Origin: an uncultured Nitrososphaerota archaeon
Lineage (GTDB): Archaea > Thermoproteota > Nitrososphaeria > Nitrososphaerales > Gagatemarchaeaceae
Assembly: GCA_963703285.1 (NCBI GenBank)
Contig: OY969807.1
Coordinates: forward strand, 1,504,001-1,568,000
Length of the DNA stretch: 64,000 nt
Direction: 5' to 3'
Both the position numbers and the translations under genes were made by a program. The notes beneath the pieces were generated by a model that saw only the letters and a list, made by a program, of their open reading frames with translations, had not been told where the DNA came from and did no database searches. Below are positions 10,027 to 20,108 of the stretch, in pieces (positions within the stretch are counted from its first letter, which is position 1; each line of letters opens with the position of its first letter).

Positions 10027-11507
10027 CGAAGACGGCAGACTCGGTCGGTGGGGCCCGAAGGGCCGGGCCGGGTGAGAATCCTGCGGAGTCGATGCCGGTC
10101 ACGGAGCCACAGTTTCTGCTCAAGCTGCATGCGAGTTTCTATCCGGACACCTTCGGTGTCTTCGATTCGAAGCTCAACCTCCCGGTGACCGGCTCAATCC
10201 TCCTGACTCAGGGGGTCCGCCGGATAGTCGACACTCCGGAGTTTCAGCGCATGAGGGGCGTGAGGCAGCTGGGTCCCACAATGTTCGTCTTCCCGGGCGC
10301 GAACCACACGAGGTTCGAGCACTTGCTGGGCTGCTACTTCCTTGCCCTCCGGTACATCGAGAGGCTGGCGGACCTCGAGAGCTTCAGGGAGCTCTTCAAT
10401 CCCGTCGCGAGGTCGACCCAGCTCGTCGTGCTGTCAGCCCTGCTCCACGACGTGGGGCACTATCCCTACTCGCACTGGATCGAGGAGATTGACAAGGGGT
10501 CGCTCCCAAGGAAGTTCGACTTCCCGCGGCACGAGGAGAGGGCGCGCAAGATACTCTGCGGCGGCGGGAGCCAGATCGGAGGCCTGCTGGAGGGCCAGTG
10601 GGGGATAGACCCGGGCGAGATCGCCGACAACATAGAGAGGAAGCTCATCCCGAACGACCTCGTCAATTCTTTCATAAACTCGATCGTCGACGTCGACAAG
10701 GTCGACTACCTGGTGCGCGACAGCGTGCACTGCGGCGTCCCCTACGGGGAGGGCATCGACACAGAGAGGCTGCTCGACTCGCTCTACGTCGACCCCTCGA
10801 CGAGCAAAATCTGCGTGACAGAGAAGGGCAAGTCGTGCGTGCAGTCGATCATCTCGTGCAGGAACAACATGTACCAGGAGGTCTACTGGCACAAGACGGT
10901 GAGGGCGTGCCACGCCATGTTCAAGCGGTTCTTCTTCGAGTACCTCGCTGCCGGGATCGACGACCCCGAGACGGTCGAAGAGTACTTCGGCTACCCGGAC
11001 GACTACTTCATCAACACGCTGTGGAACAGGTCGGCAGCGAGCGGGAAGGACCTCGGGGAGCTGATCAGCCCCTTCGCGTTCAAGGGGCGCTCGCTGTACA
11101 AGCCTGCGTACGCCTACTACTACGGCCAGCCGGCCGGCGAGCCCGCCGAGGCGCAGAGCTTCTTCGAGGACGAGGTATCGCGGGCGGGCTACGCCCGGCT
11201 TGTGGAGCTGAGCGGAGCGCTCGCGAGGGAGCTGGCCAAGAAGATCCCGGGACTGACCCCGCTCGACATACTCGTCGACAGGACGCCCGTGAGAGAGGAG
11301 CACGAGCGCTCGCACCTGGAGGGGTTCAGGACCTGGAACACTAAGAAGAGCAGGTGGGAGGAGTGCCCCTCGACGCTGAAGACGCTCAACAACTACCTGG
11401 GAGAGAACCAGCAGGCCTACGTCTTCTGCAACCCGAGATACTACAGGGAGTTCCGAGAGGTCGCCGGGAGGGGCGAGGGGCTGGACAGCGTCTTCGGGCG
11501 CGTCTGA
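10023..11507 (+). CDS. HD-domain phosphohydrolase (SAMHD1/dNTP triphosphohydrolase-like)
   Basis: FQRMRGVRQLG..FPGANHTRFEH, LLHDVGH.PYSH, DVDKVDYLVRDS, VYWHKT. Confidence 0.9.
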   Translation: MTKTADSVGGARRAGPGENPAESMPVTEPQFLLKLHASFYPDTFGVFDSKLNLPVTGSILLTQGVRRIVDTPEFQRMRGVRQLGPTMFVFPGANHTRFEHLLGCYFLALRYIERLADLESFRELFNPVARSTQLVVLSALLHDVGHYPYSHWIEEIDKGSLPRKFDFPRHEERARKILCGGGSQIGGLLEGQWGIDPGEIADNIERKLIPNDLVNSFINSIVDVDKVDYLVRDSVHCGVPYGEGIDTERLLDSLYVDPSTSKICVTEKGKSCVQSIISCRNNMYQEVYWHKTVRACHAMFKRFFFEYLAAGIDDPETVEEYFGYPDDYFINTLWNRSAASGKDLGELISPFAFKGRSLYKPAYAYYYGQPAGEPAEAQSFFEDEVSRAGYARLVELSGALARELAKKIPGLTPLDILVDRTPVREEHERSHLEGFRTWNTKKSRWEECPSTLKTLNNYLGENQQAYVFCNPRYYREFREVAGRGEGLDSVFGRV

Positions 11508-11519
11508 GCGAGGACCGGC

Positions 11520-12256
11520 TCAGTCCTGCCGCCACTTGGACAGCTTAGCGGCGAGGAGTATCAGCGCCAGGGCGTAAGCCACCCCTCCGGCGAAGTCGAG
11601 CAGCAGCTCCGTCGACGAGAGGCTGACCAGGCCCGTGGCGCCCTGGATTATCCTTGCGGGGTACGTCGTCGGCGCGAGGTATGCGAGAAACTGGAAGGGT
11701 CCAGGGATGAGCGAGATCGGGTAGAAGACGGGAGGCAGGAACGCGAGGGCCACGTTGACGAGCGGGGAGTAGACCCAGAGGTCTCTCACGTCGCGGGCGA
11801 AGGTGCTTATCATGAAGCCGAGCGCGGAGATGGAGCCCCAGGTGATCACGGCTGCGATGGCTATCTCGACGGCCCCCAGCGCGCTTATCCTAGCGTAGAG
11901 ACCCAAGAGTGTCGAGAAGAGCGCAATCCCGGCGATGCCGTTGCAGAGCTGGGCGGCCGAGAGGCCGACGACGTAGGTGACGGAGGAGAGCGGGGAGGAG
12001 ACGAACATGTCCTGGAGCTTTACGACGAGCCTCAGGAAGGCGGCCTCGGTCTCGAGGATTATGCAGCTCCCCACTATGACAGCGACCAGCCCGCCCCCGA
12101 GCGCGAAGACCGCCCTGCTGGGCCCCGCGAAGATGTAGATGAAGAAGAGGATGGTGAGGGGGCTCACGATGAAGTTGATCAGGCTGAAGGGCGACCTTCT
12201 TATCGGAAGCAGGCCGTCGAACCAGACCAGCGCAAGGACAGCTCTAACTCGCTCAC
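11520..12256 (-). CDS. ABC-2 type permease, apparent 1-nt frameshift near the start
   Basis: 6 TM segments, PPVFYP motif; GTG at 12256 overlaps the ATPase stop, but the frame shifts at ~12245 (GAG TTA GAG versus expected GAG TTA AGA GCT). Confidence 0.8.
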
Positions 12257-13170
12257 TCGGACTCGATCTGACCCACCTCGTTGATGTACACGTCCTCGAG
12301 GCTCGACTGCCTCACCGACACTTCGAGACCCCTCTTCAGGCACAGCGACGCGAGGTCGGAGGCTCCCTGCTGCGTCGTGAGGACGCGCACCCCCGTCCCC
12401 GCCCTGAGGACCCTTCCGAAGGCCCCGTACTCCGAGAGGTCTCCGCCGGCCGTCTTCACGATCACCGCGTGGGTGAAGTCGAGCCTCTTCCTTATCTCGG
12501 AAGGAGTGCCGACCGAGACCAGCTTCCCCTTGTTGATTATCGCGAGCGAGTCCGCGAGCTGCTCCGCTTCGTCCATGTAGTGGGTGGTGAGGAGGATCGT
12601 CCGCCCCAGGGCCACGTACCTCCTCACCAGGTTCCACACCTCGACCCTGGCGACGGGGTCTAGACCTATCGTCGGCTCGTCCAGGAGGAGCAGGTCGGCT
12701 TCCGAGCTCATCGCCATCGCAATGAGGACCCTCTGCCTGAGACCGCCCGACAGGTTCGCGCATATGGTGTCCCTGTAGCCCGTGAGGTTGAGAGAAGCGA
12801 GCGTCGCGTCGGCCCTCTTCCTCGCTTCGCCGTATCCGAGGCCCCTGCAGACGAGATAGGTGAAGACGTGCTCGAAGGGCGTCTGCAGGAGGTGCGGTCT
12901 TCCCTCCTGGGGGACGACGGCGATGGATTTCCTGACCATCTGGGGCTCCTTCACCACGTCGTAGCCGAGTACGCTCGCGGAGCCCGCAGAAGGAAGGAGC
13001 TGGGTGGCGACTATCCTCACGAACGTGGTCTTCCCGGCGCCGTTGGGTCCCAGGAGGGCGAAGACGGACCCGCCCTTGATCTTCAGCGATACGCCGTCCA
13101 GCGCTCTGGTCGTCGACTGGTACGTCTTCTGCAGGTCATCGGCGTCGATGACGACCGCGCCTCTCTCCAT
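12253..13170 (-). CDS. ABC-2 exporter ATP-binding protein
   Basis: GPNGAGKTT, LSGGLRQR, LLLDEPT, TTHYMDEAE. Confidence 0.95.
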   Translation of the reverse strand: MERGAVVIDADDLQKTYQSTTRALDGVSLKIKGGSVFALLGPNGAGKTTFVRIVATQLLPSAGSASVLGYDVVKEPQMVRKSIAVVPQEGRPHLLQTPFEHVFTYLVCRGLGYGEARKRADATLASLNLTGYRDTICANLSGGLRQRVLIAMAMSSEADLLLLDEPTIGLDPVARVEVWNLVRRYVALGRTILLTTHYMDEAEQLADSLAIINKGKLVSVGTPSEIRKRLDFTHAVIVKTAGGDLSEYGAFGRVLRAGTGVRVLTTQQGASDLASLCLKRGLEVSVRQSSLEDVYINEVGQIESE

Positions 13171-13244
13171 CGCCCCACGTTCCCGCCCGCCGGGATAAAA
13201 AGCGAGGTGGGACCTCAGCTGGCTTCCCCCGGCCTAGGTTCCGG

Positions 13245-13718
13245 TCACCAGTGGAGCGCCCTGCCGCAGACGCCGCAGTAGATCGCCCCCTCGTAGGTCT
13301 TGGCGCCGCAGTTGGCGCAGAACCTGTCGGCGTTCAAGTCGGGCGGGTCGCGACCTACGGCCTTCGTGAACTTGGCCCTGAAGACGGAGTCGAGGCTCTT
13401 CATGCTGGTCGGAAAGAGAGAGATTAGCTTGACGCGGTTCTTCTGATATTGCGCTATCTTCCACCTCGTGGTGCGGACGTACTCGTCCCTCTTCCCCTTG
13501 TCACGGACGTCGACGGCTCCCCAGTAGTGGACGTAGACATCGTACTCCGGCAGGTAGAAGTCCGGGCGGCCGATCTTCCCGCCCACCATCGGGAAGGTCC
13601 TCGCTGCCTTCCCGCTCTCGTAGCGGATGCCCAGCGAGGTCAGGTAGTCGGCGATGCGCTTCTTCGCCCTGCGCCTGTCGGCGAACAGGTCCGAAATCGC
13701 GTCGGGGATCTGCACCAA
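13245..13718 (-). CDS. PD-(D/E)XK-like domain plus C-terminal zinc ribbon protein
   Basis: RPDFYLPEYDVYVHYWG; FCANCG...YCGVCG. Confidence 0.7.
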   Translation of the reverse strand: MVQIPDAISDLFADRRRAKKRIADYLTSLGIRYESGKAARTFPMVGGKIGRPDFYLPEYDVYVHYWGAVDVRDKGKRDEYVRTTRWKIAQYQKNRVKLISLFPTSMKSLDSVFRAKFTKAVGRDPPDLNADRFCANCGAKTYEGAIYCGVCGRALHW

Positions 13719-13725
13719 CTTCGCT

Positions 13726-14298
13726 TCACGACCTCGGCATGGCGAGGTTGGCCCCGCAGGACGGGCACTTGGCGTCCCTCACGGGGTCGACGAGCATCCC
13801 GCAGTACCTGCACGGGACCTTCACGACCTCCCTCTCGAGGACGAGCGTCTTGCCGGGGTCCTTCGCCGGCTCCCGCGAGAAGTCCTCGACCTCGCTGAGG
13901 GTGTCCTTTGACCACTTGTTGTTGCAGCTGGCGCAGCGGTAGTAGGTCCGTGTCGTTATCCGGAGGGTCGGGACGCGCTCCTGCCTGTTGATCTTCGTCT
14001 CCTCCTCGTAGGCCGTGCCGTCGGAGCGGCGCTTGTTCTTTGTGATCGTGTCCGTCCGTGTGACGATTCCGTACGCAGGCAGCCTGCTCTCGACGTGGGA
14101 ACCGGTCGTCTGGATCCGTCCCCTCGCCCCGCAGTAGGTGCACCTGGGCCGGCCGAAGTACAGTCCTCCGGCTACGATGAGGCCGAGGAGAAGGACTATG
14201 CCCGCAGCCGTGTAGTAGACAAGGGCCAGGAGGGTGACTAACACGGCGACGACTGTGATTATGCCTGTGGTCGTCCAGCGGCTCTGAACGGAACTCAA
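13726..14298 (-). CDS. Membrane protein with multiple zinc-ribbon CxxC pairs
   Basis: Two N-terminal TM helices; CTYC, CASC, CRYC, CPSC. Confidence 0.7.
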   Translation of the reverse strand: MSSVQSRWTTTGIITVVAVLVTLLALVYYTAAGIVLLLGLIVAGGLYFGRPRCTYCGARGRIQTTGSHVESRLPAYGIVTRTDTITKNKRRSDGTAYEEETKINRQERVPTLRITTRTYYRCASCNNKWSKDTLSEVEDFSREPAKDPGKTLVLEREVVKVPCRYCGMLVDPVRDAKCPSCGANLAMPRS

Positions 14299-14413
14299 CC
14301 GGATTCAGCGAGCGCGCGGAACGTGGAGGTCAGATATATAGAAGTGTTAGGGGATGAAATGCAATCCCGCGAGCAGGTGCTGGGACAGGACGGCCGGGAG
14401 ATATCTTTCATTT

Positions 14414-15031
14414 TCACGACGCGCCCTTTCTCGGACCTAGCCTGCTTCCGAGCGGAGACGGGACGGTTGATATTGCTTCTTCCCCCCGCTTGATCCGGCT
14501 GTATCGCGCGAGGACCCTCGCGCTCCTCCCGATGAGGAGGCCCACGCCGAACATCAGCAGAAGGTCGGTCACGACGGTGCCGTAGAGGGCCGCCCCGGTC
14601 AGGGTGTAGCCGGCTGTCATGATGTTGCTGAGGGCGCTCGGACCTATCACCGCGTAGTCGATGATCACCCTGACGACGAGGGCGGCGAGGTACACCACGT
14701 AGATCGCGACGCCTCCCCTGAAGTGCACCGACCCGTCGGCGTGGCTCCAGAACGTGATCCGGTGGTCGGAGTACCTCTCTGAGGCCACCACGGCGACCGC
14801 CAGGAAAAGAGCGTAGATGGGCGCGAGGAGGATGGGGACCCCCTCGTAGAAGGAGCCCACCGAGACGAACGCCCCGACGGCCGCGTAGACTGCTGCGAAG
14901 ATGATGGTCCTCTCCGGACGGAAGCGAGACCCGCGGTAGGTGAGGTAAACCCTCCGGGTGGCGCTCGTGATGAGGAGCGCAAAGACGAGAAGGACAGCCT
15001 CGGAGAAGCCCGGCAGCTGGGTCGAAGGCAC
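14414..15031 (-). CDS. Multi-pass membrane protein (CcdC/DUF1453-like)
   Basis: 5-6 hydrophobic helices; GTG start at 15031 inferred. Confidence 0.6.
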   Translation of the reverse strand: MPSTQLPGFSEAVLLVFALLITSATRRVYLTYRGSRFRPERTIIFAAVYAAVGAFVSVGSFYEGVPILLAPIYALFLAVAVVASERYSDHRITFWSHADGSVHFRGGVAIYVVYLAALVVRVIIDYAVIGPSALSNIMTAGYTLTGAALYGTVVTDLLLMFGVGLLIGRSARVLARYSRIKRGEEAISTVPSPLGSRLGPRKGAS

Positions 15032-15182
15032 TGTCGGTTCGAGTTGGTGCGCTGGGTTCTTAATCGTTCTCATGTCGGAGACCGGCGCCGCTGGTGCGCG
15101 CCCCGAGACCCGTGCACCTGACAGGTCGACCGCAAGGGGAATCGGTAAAGTAGCAGGGCCGATGAGGGGGAGAGACGAGACC

Positions 15183-16074
15183 ATGAAGTTCGGCTTGTGC
15201 GTCCCAAACTACGGAACGACGGCCTCGGCAGAGGCGCTGTCCGCCGTCGCGGTCGAGGCGGAGGCGCGGGGGTACGACTCGGTCTGGACGACAGACCACA
15301 TCCTGATGCCGAGCAACAGCGGCACCCCCTATGAGAGGATCTTCGACAGCCTCGCGTCCCTCGCCTACCTCGCCGCGCAGACCAGGAGGGTCAGGCTCGG
15401 CGTCTCCTCGCTCATAATCGCGATGCGCAACCCCGTGGTCGCGGCGAAGCAGCTCGCCTCGATCGACGCTCTCAGCGGCGGGAGGGTCCTCCTGGCCATC
15501 GGCGCGGGATGGAACGAGAAGGAGTTCTCCTTCCTAGGTTCGGACTTCCACACCCGGGGGAAGAGGGTCGACGAGTCGATACGCTTGATCAGGAGCCTCT
15601 GGCGGGGTGAGACCAGCTTCTCGAGCCGACGTCTGTCCCTGAAGTTCCAGGACGCGGTCTTCGAGCCCAGGCGCGACTCCAAGGAGATTGAGATTCTGGA
15701 TAGGCGGGGCCAGCGAGGCGGCGATGAAGAGGGCGGCGATGCTCGGCGACGCGTGGCACCCCAACGTCGCCCCGATGGAGGTCTTCGGGGGGCTCGTGGC
15801 CCGGTTCCGCGAGGTCTCCCCCAGAGCCAAGGAGGAGAGAATCTGCGTCAGGGTGGCCTTCGACCACCGCGCCGAGAAGGGCGAGTACATGGGCCCCCAG
15901 GGGGACAGGCGCGTCAAGCTCACGGGGAACATGGCCGAGAACGCGAAGCTAATCGAGGAGCTGGAGGGCGTCGGCGTCTCTCAGGCCGTGCTGTCTCCGA
16001 GCCCCCAGGGGCTGACGGAGACGAAGGATCAGCTCGAGGGGATCCGCGCCTTCGCCGACAGGTTCGTCCGATAG
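15183..16074 (+). CDS. LLM-class F420-dependent oxidoreductase, +1 frameshift at ~15695
   Basis: GYDSVWTTDH, RVRLGVSSLI..RNP, GAGWNEKEF; continues as WIGGASEAAMKRAA.LGDAWHP in the next frame. Confidence 0.85.
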
Positions 16075-16168
16075 CCGCCACGGCGAAGCCCGCCCGGCGT
16101 TCCCGGCGCGGAAGATCACCCAGGGGTGGGAACGAATTTAACACGTCTCTCCTCCCGAGACAGGAGAG

Positions 16169-17048
16169 TTGCGATATCCAAGAAGGATCAGAGTGGGCGA
16201 CGCGAAGCTCACGGTCGTCGAGGTCGGGAAGCTCACGATGAAGGTCTCGGAGATCGTCAGGAAGGGGACGGAGCTGCCGCGGGGGACCAGTTTCGATTCC
16301 GACGTCGAATTTCCAATTTACAACGCGCACATCGCGCTCGGGGAAGCCTCGGTCATCGTGGACCCGTGTGACTACGATGCGGTCTGCCCGGTCGGGCACC
16401 CCTGGAGGCCGGCTGGATACGTCCCTCCTCGGCCCCTCATTGCCCAGCTGTCCAGGATGGGGATAGCGCGCGCGGACGTCACGGACGTCGTCATCACGCA
16501 CTTCCACGCAGACCACTGCACGGGTTCGACGATCAAGACGGATGAGGAGGGCTACGTCCCGGCCTTTCCACGGGCAAGGTACTACCTCGGGGCGGCCGAT
16601 TGGACCTCGCCGGCGGTGCAGGCGGACCTGAGGAGCGACCCGGAGACCATCAACTCGCTCGGAGTCCTCGGTGCATCCAAGCGGCTCACCCTCGTCGACC
16701 GCCAGACCCAGGTGGCCCCCGGGATTACCATCGTGCCTGCACCTGGAGAGAGTCCGGGGCACCAGAATCGTCCGGGTGACGTCGAACGGCGCGACGCTCT
16801 ACTGCATAGGCGACCTCTTCCACGAGCCCATGGACGTCGCGGACCCGAGGATAATGGCCGATTTCAACGACCCTGAGGTGAACCTGAGGAGCAGGACCTC
16901 CTTCCTGGCCGAGGCGTCCGGAGGGGACTGCCTGGTCTTTGCGGGCTACATGTCGCTCGGGAGAATCCGCAGGAAGCGAGCGGGGAGAGTCCGCAGAAGG
17001 GGAGCGGGTTACGAATGGAAGGAGCTACGACCCTCCCTGACTCTGTAG
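16169..17048 (+). CDS. MBL-fold metallo-hydrolase, +1 frameshift at ~16766
   Basis: THFHADH, APGESPGH then IVRV..GDLFH in the next frame. Confidence 0.82.
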
Positions 17049-17145
17049 GGCTCCTTCTCGCGGAACGCGACGACCCGCAACGTGGGTTTTGAGTCTCGGG
17101 TCGAGGAATCCTCACACGATGCTGTATACCAAAAAGCGCAGAACG

Positions 17146-17511
17146 ATGTTCGGTCGACATATGAGCCTAAAGGAAGCGATGGTCCTGATGAACGGTCGCG
17201 AGTACGGGAGAGCCATCTCCATCCTGGAAGAAGAAGCTTCCAACGAGAGCAGGTCTCCATCGGAAAGGGCCGGATATTGTGAATGGGTGGCCGAGTGCCA
17301 CCGCAAACTCGAGGACTACAAGATGTGCGGCGATTGGTACCTCGAGGCCGTCAAGAGGATCGTCTCGCAACAGCTGGACCTGAGATCGAAGGCGAGGCAG
17401 GCTCTGCCGTTTAGCGAGAAGGCTCTGGAGAGCTACAAGCTGGGCGGGGACACCGTCGACGTCCTCGAGGCTGCGAAGCTCAGGCAGAGGCTCCTAGACC
17501 TCGCGAAGTAG
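17146..17511 (+). CDS. Hypothetical helical (TPR-like) protein
   Basis: Amphipathic helix pairs ending ALESYKLGGD...AAKLRQRL. Confidence 0.6.
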   Translation: MFGRHMSLKEAMVLMNGREYGRAISILEEEASNESRSPSERAGYCEWVAECHRKLEDYKMCGDWYLEAVKRIVSQQLDLRSKARQALPFSEKALESYKLGGDTVDVLEAAKLRQRLLDLAK

Positions 17512-17531
17512 CGAGAGGCGCTGAGGCGCGG

Positions 17532-17942
17532 TCAGGCTCCGAGCCAGACCGTCTCGGCTAGGGCCTTGAAGTGCTCGTCGCCGGTAAGGACCTTCGCCCC
17601 GTTCGTCCTCGCCGACGCAAGGACGATTCCGTCAAAGAGACTTGGTTTACTCAGCCTTGCAGACGATGCCCTTCGATCAAGCTGGATGACCGCCTTGGCC
17701 GCCTCCAGAGCCAAACCTGCATCAATGCCGACGACCTCTGAAGTCCCAAGAATCGTGGCCAGCCGTTTCCGGATGGTCGACCCCGCGGCGCCTTCTCGGG
17801 CATACTTCCTCGCCACCTCAGCAAGAACCGTACCGGGCGTCAGCACATTGTCGGCCTCTTCGATGGTCCTCTTGGCCCGCCGTCCCGCCTCGCTGCCTAG
17901 GAAAATCTCCACCCAGGCGTGGGCATCAACTACGATCTTCGT
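17532..17942 (-). CDS. vapC: PIN-domain toxin VapC
   Basis: KIVVDAHAWVE, VLAEV, SLFDGIVLASA, LTGDEHF; start appears to be ACG. Confidence 0.9.
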   Translation of the reverse strand, partial: TKIVVDAHAWVEIFLGSEAGRRAKRTIEEADNVLTPGTVLAEVARKYAREGAAGSTIRKRLATILGTSEVVGIDAGLALEAAKAVIQLDRRASSARLSKPSLFDGIVLASARTNGAKVLTGDEHFKALAETVWLGA

Positions 17943-18132
17943 CGCGATCTTCCTCGGTGAAGTGCGCCACCTTCCCACTGTCAGCGCCGAACGCCTCGTC
18001 GAGCAGCTCCCTGCGATGCCTCACGACCAGCATCCGTATGGTTTCCTCAATGGTCTTGGCGTGGATGCTCTTCTGCAGCGCTGCGAGCTCCCGGGCTGTG
18101 TCCTTTGAGACCTTCACAGTGGTAGCGTCCAT
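17926..18132 (-). CDS. vapB: VapB-type antitoxin
   Basis: MDATTVKVSKDT ribbon-helix-like N-terminus; overlaps vapC. Confidence 0.82.
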   Translation of the reverse strand: MDATTVKVSKDTARELAALQKSIHAKTIEETIRMLVVRHRRELLDEAFGADSGKVAHFTEEDRDEDRS

Positions 18133-18137
18133 GTTCG

Positions 18138-18163
18138 AGTATACAGTATACTGGTATATTTAA
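18138..18163 (-). promoter_or_regulatory. vapBC promoter/operator
   Basis: Palindrome CAGTATACTG at 18144-18153, with a TTAAATA box on the minus strand just upstream. Confidence 0.55.
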
Positions 18164-18324
18164 GCGCCCCCTCGGGCTCTCGGACCGCTCCAGGCGCAAG
18201 GGTCGTGCATCCCAAGTTCATGTCCTGGAAGACCTTTTACACCCCGTCGGTCGGTTAGACAAGATGGACTCTCGAGCAGTTGGAAGACGTGCAGGTTACG
18301 CCAAGTCACATCGGAGGCCTGACC

Positions 18325-18744
18325 ATGAGTAGATTCGGCGACTTCAACTCGCATACGATCGCCGAGTTCCGCAAGAACCACGGAAAGGTCGGCGGCAACT
18401 TCGAGGGGGCGCCTCTGCTGTTGCTCCACACCGTCGGGAAGCGCAGCGGCAACCCCCTCGTCACCCCGATGATGTACCTCAAGGACGGAGATCGCTACCT
18501 GGTGTTCGCGTCGAAGGGAGGCTACGACCACCACCCGCACTGGTACCTCAACCTCAAGGCCCACCCCGATGTCAAGGTCGAAATCGGGGATGAGACTCTC
18601 GACATGCACGCCGAGGAGATCACGGGCCGCGAGCACGACACCCTCTACAAGCGGCAGGCCACGCTCTACCCCGCATTCGCCGACTACCAGCGCAAGACGA
18701 AGAGGGTCATCCCGGTCGTCGCCCTCACCAGACGAAAGAAGTGA
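18325..18744 (+). CDS. Deazaflavin (F420H2)-dependent nitroreductase family (Ddn-like)
   Basis: LLLHTVGKRSG, FASKGG...HPHWYLNLKAHP, YQRKTKRVIPVV. Confidence 0.92.
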   Translation: MSRFGDFNSHTIAEFRKNHGKVGGNFEGAPLLLLHTVGKRSGNPLVTPMMYLKDGDRYLVFASKGGYDHHPHWYLNLKAHPDVKVEIGDETLDMHAEEITGREHDTLYKRQATLYPAFADYQRKTKRVIPVVALTRRKK

Positions 18745-18819
18745 CCTCTACGGGGCCGCTGGTCTCTCGAAGGCCAGCCCCCGCAACGGCTTTATCGTGC
18801 GCTCCTCAACAGTGAGACG

Positions 18820-18909
18820 TTGCCAGCCGCAAAGAAACGCGCGAAGAAGCCGCAGAAGAAAGCGAAGGGTAGCGGGAAGAAGTACGGGATCCTCATAAAC
18901 GAAAAGTGA
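18820..18909 (+). CDS. Very small Lys-rich protein (29 aa)
   Basis: TTG-PAAKKRAKKPQKKAKGSGKKYGILINEK-TGA; TTTAT at 18791-18795; absent from the ORF track. Confidence 0.5.
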   Translation: MPAAKKRAKKPQKKAKGSGKKYGILINEK

Positions 18910-18975
18910 GAGTGCAACCTACTCAGACGCGCGGTGCATCGTCCCCCTGAGGGTTATCCCACTGCACCGGCAGGA

Positions 18976-19155
18976 CTAGGTTGACTTGGGCCGGGAACCA
19001 ATCTCGACCATCTGGAACTGGCACTGGTACCTCTTTCCGTTGATGTCCAGCTTCTGGGTGGCCCAGTAGCCGATGGATCCGGTGCTGAACTTCTTCTCGG
19101 GGAGGCCTATGTCGGCAATCTTCTGAGAGCCTTCGTAGAGTTCGATTCTTGGCAT
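18976..19155 (-). CDS. Small conserved-looking hypothetical protein (59 aa)
   Basis: MPRIELYEGSQKIADIGLPEKKFSTGSIGYWATQKLDINGKRYQCQFQMVEIGSRPKST; below the ORF-track cutoff. Confidence 0.7.
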   Translation of the reverse strand: MPRIELYEGSQKIADIGLPEKKFSTGSIGYWATQKLDINGKRYQCQFQMVEIGSRPKST

Positions 19156-19181
19156 GACGTCTAATGTGCCGTCGGGGATAG

Positions 19182-19412
19182 TTAAGGCTGTCCCGAGATT
19201 ATCTCGAGAATCTTGTCTCTCGATTTTGCCCCCTTCACGATGAGGACTCTCGACCTCGGAACTCTGAAGTGCTCGGATAGAATCTCCAGGAGCCTCCTGT
19301 TCGCTCGGCCGCCCGTCGCCCTTTCGTCCACCTTCACTTCGTAGCTCGCCTCATCCAACTTGACAACGCGAGGTTCCTTGGCGTTCGGGGTCACGTGGAC
19401 CTTGATTAGCAC
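19182..19412 (-). CDS. DUF167/YggU family protein
   Basis: IKVHVTPNAK...VKV...GRAN..L...LSEHF.VP...IVKGAKSRDK. Confidence 0.88.
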   Translation of the reverse strand: MLIKVHVTPNAKEPRVVKLDEASYEVKVDERATGGRANRRLLEILSEHFRVPRSRVLIVKGAKSRDKILEIISGQP

Positions 19413-19499
19413 GTTGATGCCACCGAAGCCGGACTCGTGTAAGCGTTGCGGACCTGCGAGCTGATGGGATCCGTGCCGCCGGATGGAGACCTCGCGAGT

Positions 19500-19766
19500 C
19501 TAGATGTCGTTCCGGTCGTAGCCGATCAATCGGATTCCGTCTGGTTGGACGTCCAGGTTCACCTGCCACCTCCGAACGCCGCTCTCCGCAGCCCGTCTTG
19601 ATGCGTCCAGAATCCTCGCGTTGTAGCGGTCCCTCGGCGGAGGCTTGAAGGGCGCAGCGTGGCAGAGATAGCACATCGCGATGACGGCCTTCTTCCCGCC
19701 TTTCAGCGCCGTCGAAAGCTCGGTCGTGTGCCTGATGAGCCGGTCGAAGGAGTCGAAGCGCGAGTG
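19500..19766 (-). pseudogene. 3' fragment resembling an SfsA-family nuclease
   Basis: RLIRHTTELSTALKGGKKAVIAMCY...FKPP..D.YNARILDASRRAAESGVRRW resembles the SfsA C-terminus; no N-terminus. Confidence 0.45.
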
Positions 19767-20108
19767 GCCGACCAGATCCTGCTGCTGGATTCGATTTCCG
19801 AGAAGGCTCTGCGCAAGGACGGCGTCTCTTTGAGGGTCGTGATACCCGGGGACGTCGTGAAGGACGACGCGTACGCCGGACTCGTGAAGGACTTCAAGGG
19901 AGAGGTGGAACTCGGATTGGTCGAGAGCGTGCACGTAGGGATGGCGCTGAAAGAGGTCCTGGCGGGGGTCATCTTTCCCGACGACACCGGCAGAGTGGAC
20001 TTCAACGCAGGGTTCCGGAGCCGGAAGCCAGAGTTTCATAGGTGGTGTGCTGACCTCTTCTCGTTCCACTGGGAGCGAGCCAGAAAGGTCCACCTGAGCA
20101 GCCGCTAG
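19764..20108 (+). pseudogene. 3' fragment of a DUF1724/FilR1-type transcriptional regulator
   Basis: FPDDTGRVDFNAGFRSRKPEFHRWCADLFSFHWERA pattern; HTH N-terminus missing. Confidence 0.5.

Noticed and set aside
3096-11344. Long antisense or alternative-frame ORFs (e.g. 3096-3824, 5695-6642, 6608-7618, 7654-8631, 10434-11315)
   Set aside because: They are shadows of well-supported genes in high-GC DNA, Arg/Pro/Gly-rich with no motifs.
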